A DNA stretch of 63,050 nucleotides, the filler included, from Catajapyx aquilonaris (taxonomy: Eukaryota), in the NCBI GenBank assembly GCA_000934665.2. It is 4 parts of 4 records of this genome, joined end to end, with 100 filler letters (N's around TTAATTAATTAA, not from the genome) between each part and the next. Parts side by side here need not be neighbours in the genome. Positions count along the whole stretch, not along the records: positions 1 to 15,622 come from JYFJ02007444.1; 3 more parts are not named here. One strand, 5' to 3'. Below are positions 1 through 9,998 of this stretch, one piece after another (the first letter of the stretch is position 1; every line of letters starts with the position of its first letter). The notes under the pieces are model-generated. The model was not told where the DNA came from. It saw nothing but the letters and a program-made list of their open reading frames with translations, and did not search any database. The translations under genes were made by a program, and so were the position numbers.

Positions 1-640
1 GACCTGAGCAGGACACAGGAGGTTTGGAACTCGCGGTTTGGAACAGTGACGATGGCGGTAGTACTCCGTAAGAGGCGATACCGCGATCACGTGACGTACT
101 ACTAATTCGGATGCAGCCTTGTGGGCTGCTCCAGCAGCTGATGCATTCTTTTCAGGGGACGTGCCTCGCGCAGTAGTTTTCCCCATTTAACTATAAATAA
201 TTCGCGAATATACCGGCAAGCAACAATCCTGCGAGGCACGCTCCCTACCTCTCACGAATTCGGCCAGGGTGTCATACCAAAGGTCTATGCAATCACAGTA
301 GAACATGGTGACTCCACAGACAACATCAGGGCAAATATATAGGGTACCCATGGTAACGCATATATTTCTATCATCTATATCAGCATCATTATACAAGGCT
401 TGTTGCTATGGTTGCCAGGAAGCTGGACACAACCTTTGTCTTCACGCTCAAGGCCCATTCACACCACGTGGGCATCGACGGGTCTGTGCTTCGCCATATA
501 TTTGGGCGTGTTTACGGCGGGCCCCTGGCTGTTTCGTGTGATAGTGGGTGACAGGACGGTGACGCCCTGCGTACCGTCGTAGGTGAGACAAAACAAAGTG
601 TGTGACGTCACGTGTGGAAAGACAGGAAAAAGAGGTAGTC

Positions 641-3600
641 ATGGCGTTGTTCGGCACAATGGAGCCTTCAATCCTAATCATCCGGAAGCGTGGGGTGCAT
701 ACCTACAACGATTCCAGTGTTACTTGGTAGCCAACGACATGCAGGTGGAGGATCGTAAAAAGGCAATCTTTCTGACAGGGATTGGTCCGGACACGTTCGA
801 ACTGTTGCGCTCGTTGGTGTCTCCGGCAGACCCTACTTCTCTGACGCTGGACCGCGCTATTGAAGTGTTACATAACATTTTCTCCGACGCCCAACATAAT
901 TGTGGAACGGTTCCGGTTCTACAAGCGGGTCCAGGAGCCAACCGAGACGGTAGCAGATTACATCGCCGCTCTCAGGAAGCTAAGTCGACATTGCGATTTT
1001 CCAAATTTGGAAGACGCCTTGCGCGACTAGTTGGTGTGTGGACTACGGGATGAGCAAGCTCAGCGCCGGATGTTGGCGGAGAAGACGTTGACGTTTTCGA
1101 AGGCGGAACAGATGGCGGTGGGGACAGAGACTGCGTTACGTAATGTTGCAGCCGTACGAGATGAAGGGCGCGTCCAGAACGTGCATTCTACAACAGCAGC
1201 ACCGGTAACACAGCCTCGTCGGTCACAAGAAAAAGGGGGGGCTCCAAGCCATGCTACAGATGCGGTAAGGACCACGCCCCAGACTCGTGTCGGTTTAGAG
1301 ATGCCATTTGCCATCACTGCCAAAAAAAAGGGGGTCATATTGCACCAGTATGCATACAGAAGAAGGGGAGGCCGGCAGCCCCGGTGAAGGACCAGCAAGT
1401 TGATGCTCATACGGTGTTGGAGGACGAGGAAGTTTTCCCCATTCACGTGATGGCTGACTCGCAGGTAGGGAATTTCGTAATCCCAGTGCAGCTGGACAAG
1501 ACAAGAGTGATGATGGAAGTAGATTCCGGGGCCAGTAGGTCCTTGATATCTGAAAGCACCTATAACAAGTTGGGTAAGGATCGATCGCCACTACAGCCGG
1601 TTAGTGTCAGGCTAACAGCGTGGGGTTCCCGACAGATGCCGGTAATGGGTATGATGAAACCATTGGTGAAGTTCAAGGACAAGTCAGAATATCTGGAGGT
1701 GCTGGTAGTAACTGGGGAAGGCCCAAGTTTACTGGGTCGTGACTGGTTTGGCCCGTTGGGCATTACTGTGTCTGGGGTATTCACGGTGTCGCACGAGCAG
1801 GTGAATTGGCCCAAGGCTTACCCCACAGTGTTCAGCCCCTCTCCTGGGCGTTATCTGGGACCGAAGGTGCACATCGACTTGCAGACTGGGGCTACCCCAG
1901 TGTTCCGGAAGGCTCGTTCCGTTCCGACGGCTCTGAAGCCGGGAGTAGAGGAGCATCTCGCAGGGTTGGTGGAGGCAGGAATCTTGACTCCAGTACGCCA
2001 TAGCGAGTGGGCCACCCCGATTGTCCTTGTGCCCAAGCCGGGGGGAAAGTTACGGATATGTGGAGACTACCGGCAGACAGTAAATGCATCATGCCACCCG
2101 GACAACTACCAAATTCCGGCGGTCCACGAGTTACTGGCTGGATTGGAGGGGGCAAAAGTGTTCGCAAAATTGGACTTGGCGAATGCGTATCAACAACTAG
2201 AAGTGGATGAGGCATCCGCAAAGATACAAACAATCAACACACACAAGGGGTTGTTTGTGGTGAACCGGTTGGCATATGGAGTAAAGAGTGCACCGGGAAT
2301 ATTCCAGCGATTCATGGAAACGCTCCTGGCTGGAATAAAAGGTATTTGTATATACCTAGATGATGTTCTGATAACAGCTACGACCGAGAAGGAGTTAAAT
2401 GACTGCCTGCATCAGGTTTTGCAGCGGGTTCAGGAAGCTGGACTTCGTCTCACGCCTGGGAAGTGCCAATTCTATTTGAAGGAGGTGACCTTTTTGGGCC
2501 ATGTTTTGGATGCCACTGGAGTTCGTCCGAATCCAAGTAAGGTGGAGGCTATAAAAGAAGCGCCATCTCCGAAGTCAAAAGCTGAGCTGCAGGCCTTCCT
2601 AGGACTCTTGAACTTTTACTCGGGGTTCTTACCACGACGAACAGATGTACTTGAGGCTCGAGCCATTACATGAGTTGTTGCGTGCGGGGACTCCGTGGAA
2701 CTGGCAGGAGCGCCAAGCAGGTGCTTTTCAAGCTGCAAAGGAACTATTGCAACCGGACAAAGTGTTGGTGCATTATAGCCAGGAGTATCCACTGGTATTA
2801 AGCTGTGACACATCATCATATGGGGTGGGGTGCGTTCTGTCACAATTGATGGACGGGAAGGAACGACCTGTTGCTTCGCCTCGCGAGTAATGACGTCGGC
2901 TGAACGTAATCTGGCTCAGATCGACAAGGCGGCACTCGCGATTCTTTTTGGTGCCCGACGGTTCCATGCATACATATACGGACGCCATGTGACCATCATT
3001 ACGGATCACAAGCCACTTCTCGGCCTCCTGGGAGGCAGCCGCCCAGTGCCTCCGGTGATGTCGCAAAGGATGCTGAGAGGAAGTGTGGTGTTGGCTGCTT
3101 ACGACTATACGTTGGTTTATCGGCCTGGCGGGAAACATGCAAATGCGGACGCACTCAGGACTCAGTAGACTGCCTTGCCCTACGACAACCATCCACAGTG
3201 ACCAGGAAGTAGAAGTGCTCTTCGCTGAGTTCATGGAAAATGCGGGAAAATGGGCCCTTGCAAGCCATGGATGTAGCCAGGGAGACACTAAAAGACCCCA
3301 TTCTGGCTCAAGTATTGCGTTGGACACTTCATGGTTGGCCAGAGACTGCTGAGAAACCAGAATTGCAGCAGTATATCCGTTATCGCTCGGAATTGTCGGC
3401 ACAAAACAACTGCGTGCTGTGGGGTCATCGTGTGGTAGTTCCCCCTTCTCTCCGAACGGCAGTGCTAGATCTGCTGCATCAAACGCATCAGGGAATCGTG
3501 CTGACAAAAGCAATAGCTAGACTGTACATTTGGTGGCCTGGTCTTGACAAGGCTATAGAGAGCATGGTCTCGACCTGTACGACTTGCCAGGAAAGTCGGC

Positions 3601-4143
3601 ATAACCCTGCGCAAGCTCCAAAATTATACTGGCCGCCACCCGCTCGACCATGGTCACGGATACATCTCGATTTCGCTGGGCCATTCCAGGGGAAGACATT
3701 TTTTTATAGCAGTGGATGCGTATTCGAAGTGGCCAGAGGTGAAGTTGATGTCTTCAATCACGGCAGCTGACACGATTGTGGTCCTACGCGACATGTTTAG
3801 CACTCACGGCTTGCCTGACATTGTGGTCACGGACAATGGAACTCAGTTCACCAGTCATGAGTTTCGTGAATATATGAGGGCACACGGGATTGAACATATC
3901 CACATTCCTCCCTACTTCCCGCAACAGAATGGACAGGCCGAAAGGTGGGTCCAGACGGTGAAGGAAGCACTCTCCCGCATCCAAGGAAGTTGGAATGTGC
4001 GGTTGCCACAAGTGCTCATGTCTCTCTGCAGTACGCCGCACTCCACCACTGGCAAGACTCCGGCCGAGTTACTGATGGGACGTCGGCTGCGCTCCCTTTT
4101 AGATCGACTGTATCCGGAGGCACCAATGAAGCAGAAGCACGAT
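641..4143 (+). pseudogene. gag-pol polyprotein of the gypsy element, multiply frameshifted
   Basis: ATG at 641 (MALFGTMEP|FNPNHPEAWGAYLQRF). Gag knuckle CYRCGKDH...CHHC...GHIAPVC at ~1250-1355, protease EVDSGA, RT YLDD, RNase H LSCDTSSYGVGCVL, integrase HHCC (HQTH...CTTC) and DDE (LDFAGP, TDNGTQF, NGQAER). Frames switch near 665, 885, 1240, 1330, 2650, 2875, 3155, 3240 and 3700. Confidence 0.92.
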
Positions 4144-4889
4144 TTGCTCCGCCGCCCAGCGGGAAATAGTGCCCTCAAAGAAGTCCCAGCGAGCCCTGGT
4201 TAGTGACCAACGCAGCAATTGAGGGGGAGAAGTAGTTCCTCCAAGTCGGAACACAATGCCATTGTGGTCGCTAAGGGTTTCGGTTTTAAGCACCCTCCAC
4301 TCATTCAGGTCAAGACAGCGAGTCCAGGTTAGGTCGATCCAACTGAGCCCATTCCCAGTCTCGAAGGTTGGGCCTTGATCAGGGTCATTCCCAAGTTGAA
4401 GGTCTCCTCGGGCGGCCCATTCCATAACAGCCAGCCCTCTGGCGTTGTCCTTAACGTCACCCCAGTACAAGCTACCGGCGTTGAAATCACCTACTATGAC
4501 GACCCCAGACCCGGCAGAGCCACGAGAAATAATGTTATCTAGATGATGCAGGGCTTCATGGTATCTTTGTCTGATTGTAGATAAACATTCACCAAGGTAA
4601 ACTCAGTCTGACCATAGGCGATTCGGAACGTCTTGATGCAAGAGTTAGAAAAAGCTTCCAACAGAACAACCCGAATAGTCTGATTGATGACAACTAGTGC
4701 CACTTTGTCCCCAGAGCGCACATTTGTGCTGTAACGCAGCTTATTTCTGATGGAGGGTAAGTGAGGCTCCTGAAAACAGAGTAGGTCTAGTTTCAAGTCA
4801 GTGGCCCATTGGAATGCCAGGGTCATGGCTTCTTTCCCTCTCCCAGCGTTTAACTGTCCCACTCGAACTCCGTTCATGTTAGAATCCAT
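4144..4889 (-). pseudogene. LINE ORF2 apurinic-type endonuclease domain, frameshifted (~4560) and truncated
   Basis: Motifs GQLNA, CFQEP, VNVY, IVGDFNA, PTF, WIDLT, LSDH, then RWSLTRARWDFF, after which the sequence joins gypsy DNA. Confidence 0.85.
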
Positions 4890-6402
4890 AATTAATGCGT
4901 GTCCGAAGCTGCTCCTTGCGTCTTAACCAGACTGGGCACTTAGCGGACAGAGCAGAATGCCCCAGGGCTTGATGTCCCTCAGTCTCACAATTGGTGCACT
5001 TGAGGTCCCGGCATCTATCACAGTCCCTGGTCTCATGCTCACCTGCGCAGCGTGCACAGCGTGCAGCATTTTCACATCCCCGAAATGAATGGCCATATCT
5101 GCAGCATTTGAAGCACCTGTCATGATTGATAAACTCCTCTACCCTGCGTGTGACAAAATCCACCTTCAAACGACCCTCAGCCATTACACGGTGGAAAAGC
5201 ACAGGCGACACCTCCAGAGTCCAATTATCCCGTATATCTTTGAGGCATGGACGCCGACTGACGATAGTTAGATGTTCTGTGATTGGGGACAATCCGTCGA
5301 ACAGCTGAGCATTCCTCTTCTGTAGCTCAACCATTATTGTCTCATTGGTGAAACCCGCATCAACCCCTGTCAAGAGTAATCTTGGTCGGACTCTATCAAA
5401 TACACGAATCGATATACCTGAAGTCTGACGCAGGGCCTGCGCAACAACGCCCTGTTGTGTTAAGGAACGGCAGGCGATCCGTACTCCTTTTTTGGTTTTT
5501 GTTATGGTTTTAAAACCTTCTTGCACCACAGCCTCTGGCAGCACCTCACGAAGTCGTTGATTGGCTACTGCTTGCGATACTTCCTCCTCAAAGGATACCA
5601 GGATCGGATGTTGAGGGCTAGGAGGCGCTACCATCATTGGGCCTCGCGATTGAAACCTGGAGCCTCCAGTTACTGTCTGGGCGAATGTTGGCAGCTGGGT
5701 CGAATCGTCGCTTAGTTGCTTAAGCTCTGATCGCACCTGCACCTCCTTGTCTAGTTCCGTCACACGGGCCTCCAACTTGGTGATGGCGAACTCCCTCTCT
5801 GCTAAGGCCCTCTCTAGCTGCTCCGAATGCACCTTCATATCCGTCCCCAGTTCCGTCACACGGCCTTCCAGCTTGGTGATGGTAACATCCTTTTCCGCTA
5901 GGACCCTAAGTAGATGCTCCGTACGGCATGCCTGTGCCGCCCAGAAGTCCCGTAGCCGGTACACAGACCCCTGTATGGAAGACTTATCTTCCTTGGTAAA
6001 AGATGTCTTGCTGCCTGTCCCTCTCGAAGTCGTCTTCATTATAGCTTCAAAATTGTAATTGGCGCTGAGCATCATTTCTTCTCTGGACATCCCCAATATC
6101 TCCGACACTACTCGGAATTCCTCTTCCCCAGCACCATGGACAGCCACATGTCCCTTGTTTCCTACTAATAGGTCTTCCCCCGTTGTCTCTCCAACCATGT
6201 CATTTGCCTCCGACACGTCTACAAATGATATAGGTTGCTCTACTTCCTCTACATCCAAGTTGGATTTCTTAATATTTTCACCTTTTTTGGTCCTACGTTT
6301 GCGCACAACCATTTTCCCAGTCAACTCTTTCCTGAACTTCTGACATGCCATTAACCCAACACTACCTTGCTCAAAAATGAATCTTCTTAAAATGGGTAGC
6401 AC
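4879..6402 (-). CDS. LINE ORF1 gag-like nucleic-acid-binding protein (coiled coil plus three zinc knuckles), intact frame
   Basis: 507-aa ORF ending in CFKCCRYGH...CARCAGEH...CTNC...H...CP, the usual R1/LOA-type ORF1 knuckle triplet. The true start codon is uncertain. Confidence 0.85.
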   Translation of the reverse strand: MLPILRRFIFEQGSVGLMACQKFRKELTGKMVVRKRRTKKGENIKKSNLDVEEVEQPISFVDVSEANDMVGETTGEDLLVGNKGHVAVHGAGEEEFRVVSEILGMSREEMMLSANYNFEAIMKTTSRGTGSKTSFTKEDKSSIQGSVYRLRDFWAAQACRTEHLLRVLAEKDVTITKLEGRVTELGTDMKVHSEQLERALAEREFAITKLEARVTELDKEVQVRSELKQLSDDSTQLPTFAQTVTGGSRFQSRGPMMVAPPSPQHPILVSFEEEVSQAVANQRLREVLPEAVVQEGFKTITKTKKGVRIACRSLTQQGVVAQALRQTSGISIRVFDRVRPRLLLTGVDAGFTNETIMVELQKRNAQLFDGLSPITEHLTIVSRRPCLKDIRDNWTLEVSPVLFHRVMAEGRLKVDFVTRRVEEFINHDRCFKCCRYGHSFRGCENAARCARCAGEHETRDCDRCRDLKCTNCETEGHQALGHSALSAKCPVWLRRKEQLRTRINYGF

Positions 6403-6770
6403 TGTATGTGGTTGTTTCCTAGTAGCAAAGAAACAACAGAATTGTCACTCACCAAAAACAGTCGTTCCAGGTAGATTGTTAGGCTTGTTGCCATAGTAGG
6501 CATGTCTTGACAGCCAGGCAAATCATGTCAAATGAAGATTTGATCAAATTTGGCGAGAAAAAATATCTTTAGGGCTAAACCTATCCGCGTAGGCGTTCGC
6601 TTCGTCGCGTCTCTTGTGAACAGGGCCAGCAGCTACCCGACCAGAGCAAACACAAAGTCCACAATGGCGGGGAAGTGGTCGAAAAAAGCGATTTCCTAAG
6701 AACTCTCAGTCACGACCTCCACTCAGAACGAGTTTGTTGAGTTTGTCTGTTTGTTTTTTGTTTGTTTGTT

Positions 6771-7258
6771 TGTTACGCCCGGAACTACGGCTCTGGACCA
6801 CACTGGCTTCCAGGCACCATCACAGCAGTAAAGGGGCCATACAATTATGAAATCCGGCTCCTGGGGGGTGGGGGCGTTACATACGGAGGCATATTAACCA
6901 ACTGCGCCCCCGTCATGAGAGAGTCATTTCAAGTACTGCAACCCCATCCCTGTCTAGGGGGTTGGACCCTGTCCTTCCTATTCCCCAGCAACATTCCGCT
7001 CAGTTATCCTCTCCAACCACCACACCAGTTGTGACGACATCGGCAGACACACCAGCAGGGACAACACCGCCCGACACACAAGCATCAGCAGTGACGGCAC
7101 CGCCTCGTCCTGTTGTCCAGTCGGGTCCTGGTCCTGAGACGCTGGCCGCGGTGGAGCCACGGCGTCGTCCTGTGTCGTCGCCTCCAGCCGACGTGGGTCC
7201 TTTGCGTCGGTCGGGTCGGCAACATCACCGCCCTGCCCATCTTGCTGACTTCATATAA
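6771..7258 (+). pseudogene. C-terminal remainder of the gypsy integrase
   Basis: YARNYGSGPHWLPGTITAVKGPYNYEI, RHINQLR (in a shifted frame), a Pro/Thr-rich tail and LRRSGRQHHRPAHLADFI*, typical of Mag-type integrase ends. Confidence 0.85.
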
Positions 7259-7270
7259 GGGGGGGAGGGG

Positions 7271-7401
7271 TGTTGCATACTGCCTCTAGCGGGAGGTTTG
7301 TAGTGTGCTGCCTCCTTGCGGAGGAAAGGTGTAACGAGAATAAACCCAGCTTGGCTGAGTGAAGCACGCCTTTTATTGTCGGTCCTCCTTAATACACAAC
7401 A
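7271..7401 (+). repeat. 3' LTR (about 131 bp)
   Basis: Starts TGTTG immediately after the PPT, contains AATAAA (7339-7344), and ends CAACA. The 5' LTR is unavailable to confirm the end. Confidence 0.7.
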
Positions 7402-7653
7402 CTCCCAAACGGAATGCAACCAGGAAACAAAATGTGCAAGACATCATACCCATATTCATAAATGGTTATTGGTCTATGGCTCTATGCTGATGAAATCAGG
7501 AATTACCAGGTGATGGGAAATAAATTCTTACAAATTGGAGAAGTTACGTTTTGATCGAGCAACATTGTTGCGTATTTAACGGTCAACATTGGGTATAATA
7601 TTGCGTTGTGATTATTTATGTCCTCCATCAGGAGGAAATGGTTACCTCTAAAC

Positions 7654-8168
7654 CAGGGGTATTCAACAAGTTTATGACAAGGTCCAGTATTTACCTTTCC
7701 TGGGCCATTGAAGGTCCGGACACCCCCCCCCCCCGGGTAAAGATGGGGATTTTATATTTTTATATGGTACTAAAGGGTTCAATGATTTTTGAAAATAGAA
7801 ACATGTGCAGCAAGGGTAGAAGGCCTATAAAGACAGGACATGTTAAGACATTTTCGCCCTGTATGATGTCCTGTACAGGCGCGTAGGCAGAATTTTTTTG
7901 GAGGGGGCCCCATTCCATAAGCACAGGCGAACAAGCTGTAATGGGCGGGGAGCAAGCCCGCCGCAGGCAAATTGGGGGGGGGGGGGTTGAAGATCACACT
8001 AGCTTAGGTGAAAGTGGGAGATTTGAATGGGTGTGTATTTGATAAAATTGGTAGCACTTTTTCCAAAAAAATCATGAATTAGTAATTTATAATGATATTT
8101 CAAACTTTCCTGTATATCGTCGCGGTCCGGACAAAATTACGTCGCGGTCCGCAAGTTGAATAGCCCTG
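7654..8168. mobile_element. Non-autonomous hAT (Buster/Charlie-like) element
   Basis: TIRs CAGGGGTATTCAAC / GTTGAATAGCCCTG (13/14 match), perfect 8-bp TSD CTCTAAAC (7646-7653 and 8169-8176) with central TA, and subterminal GCGGTCCG repeats. Confidence 0.9.
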
Positions 8169-9017
8169 CTCTAAACCATCAAAATTATCATCGTTATTGT
8201 ACATCTTGTAGCAATGAAATATTTGTATATGACAAGATGTGACCTAAAATTATTGTTCGAAAATAAAACAGAACTAATATTTTGCTTAATGCAGTAGTAC
8301 TGCACATGAATGGACTCTATCATATAAGAATCCCTCTTCATTTTCTTTCCATGATATGCTACATTTTGTTTTATTTGCATGGTGGTATACAGTAATTAGC
8401 CTATATAGGTAGACGTAAGTATAGTGTGCTCATGCTCTCGGATTTAGATTCTTAAAAATTATTAAGATCAGAATGACTTAGTTTACCTTGATGATTTCGG
8501 TGATAGTGACGATAATAAGAGTAGACGCTTTTCATCATTACATCCGGGAATAACGGGGAATCGCCCACATAACTTATGTGTCGGTTTTGCTCCAGTAACG
8601 ACTGTCAGCCAGTTCGTCTTATCCGCTGGAATGGCTGGATGGTCTCCGAAAACGAATAACTAATGCATTTATTATCTCAGTAATGCAGCCGAAATAGAGA
8701 AAATTAACTAACGCAATCTGTGTTAAACCCTCGATGAAAAATTCTGCTTAAGATGAGACGCGCAGCTCATCCGCCGCCCTGCATTGCTAAATCTAGTCAC
8801 CAGCACCCCAGCACCTCAGCACCTGAGAGGTGCACATTGTGATATATACGGTATTCTGTTTGAATGAGCGCCTTCTCAGTGTGGGGACCGAGTTGATAAG
8901 GTGGCCGTCAGAGAGCTCTGCCAACTTGACTGATCATGTAGTTCGCAGTGAGTCGCCAGGTGACCCTATCGGCTTCAGCCACCTGCACTCTAGCAGGCGC
9001 AAGTCCGCACTATCGGA

Positions 9018-9045
9018 GGCGAGCAGAGATTTGCTCTATCTCTAG
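9018..9045 (+). mobile_element. Possible Helitron 3' terminus (hairpin plus CTAG)
   Basis: GAGCA-gagatt-TGCTC hairpin followed by tatctCTAG|T; the 5' end was not identified. Confidence 0.35.
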
Positions 9046-9047
9046 TT

Positions 9048-9439
9048 TAGTCTGACTCATGGTCTTAGAATACTAAGGTCTGGACACTCCCTCTTATCGC
9101 CTGCCGGGGCGTTTTGCATGAGGTGCTCACTTGAGAGCGCCATGAGACAGCTTTTCATTGTGCAATTATGTGGCGACCCTACCGGACTACGCTGAACTTT
9201 ATAGGTACAAAAGGGGAGCGCTACATTGGGGGACCCAACATGGTCGCCGGCGGCCATGTTGGGCCCACATGTAGCGGCTTCTCTTCTACCTTAGTTCAGC
9301 GTAGTCCGGTAGGGTCGCCACATAATTGCACAATGAAAAGCTGTCTCATGGCGCTATCAGGCGAGCACCTCATGCAAAAACGCCTCGGCAGGCGATAAGA
9401 TAAGATTGTAGGGGAAGTGTCCAGGGGCTGGTCTGACTA
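9048..9439. mobile_element. Foldback MITE (near-complete palindrome with TAG...CTA ends)
   Basis: 9080-9245 is an imperfect reverse complement of 9250-9423, and the ends are TAGTCTGAC / GTCTGACTA. No matching TSD was found. Confidence 0.7.
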
Positions 9440-9459
9440 ATATCCCGTATCCGGTTAGT

Positions 9460-9893
9460 AGGGACATGTGCCAACGTGCCCCAAACAAAATGTGCCATCG
9501 TGCCCCGTAGACATTTTTTTTTGCCTTTCTAGTCCTGCTCTTGAGTGACAAAATATTAAATGTCCATTTATGCTGTCATTTTGTAGGCATATATTATGCC
9601 ATGCAAACGCATTATTGGGCTCAGTGAGCTAGCACTTCAGTTGGAAGAAAAAAGAAAAACCAATGATAAATATATTGAAACTCTGATTTACTACTCAAAT
9701 GGTCAAAAATCGAATAAATCGGTACTACCGCCAACAGTCTTTTGTGATTGAATTGAAAATAGGATGTAATGCGGCGCATGTCTATCTGCACCTCCCACAT
9801 AAGCATCATGTCCGTGAACCTAATAGCCTTTTCAAAAATCTGACTGTGCCATCGTACCCCTGTATATAGCCATTGTGCCCCGGTCTCCCCTAC
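9460..9893. mobile_element. Truncated pogo-like MITE (one terminus)
   Basis: The right end TGTGCCCCGGTCTCCCCTAC resembles a TAGGGGAGACCGGGGCAC-type TIR; TGTGCCA(T/A)CGT(G/A)CCCC motifs repeat internally. Confidence 0.45.
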
Positions 9894-9998
9894 ATTATAT
9901 TTTTTCGATATGTAACATAGCATCATCCAAGTGCAGGCATTTTCATAAAACACTTAGGGTAGGCTGCATTATTGCGAATGCCCTATTCCCCATTAGTA

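Larger units (their letters stand above)
4144..6773 (-). mobile_element. R1-clade non-LTR retrotransposon (5' UTR, ORF1 and the endonuclease part of ORF2), inverted inside the gypsy integrase and lacking its 3' part
   Basis: Gag-like ORF1 with three CCHC knuckles overlaps an APE-endonuclease ORF2 start; no RT domain is present. The gypsy integrase resumes at ~6771 (YARNYGSGPHWLPG). Boundaries are approximate and no TSD was seen. Confidence 0.8.
1..7401 (+). mobile_element. Ty3/gypsy (Mag/K02A2.6-like) LTR retrotransposon, degenerate; 5' LTR not in the contig; interrupted by a LINE at ~4144-6770
   Basis: Domain order gag-PR-RT-RH-IN over 641-7258. A polypurine tract AAGGGGGGGAGGGG at 7257-7270 is directly followed by a TGTTG...CAACA segment at 7271-7401. 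Confidence 0.92.
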
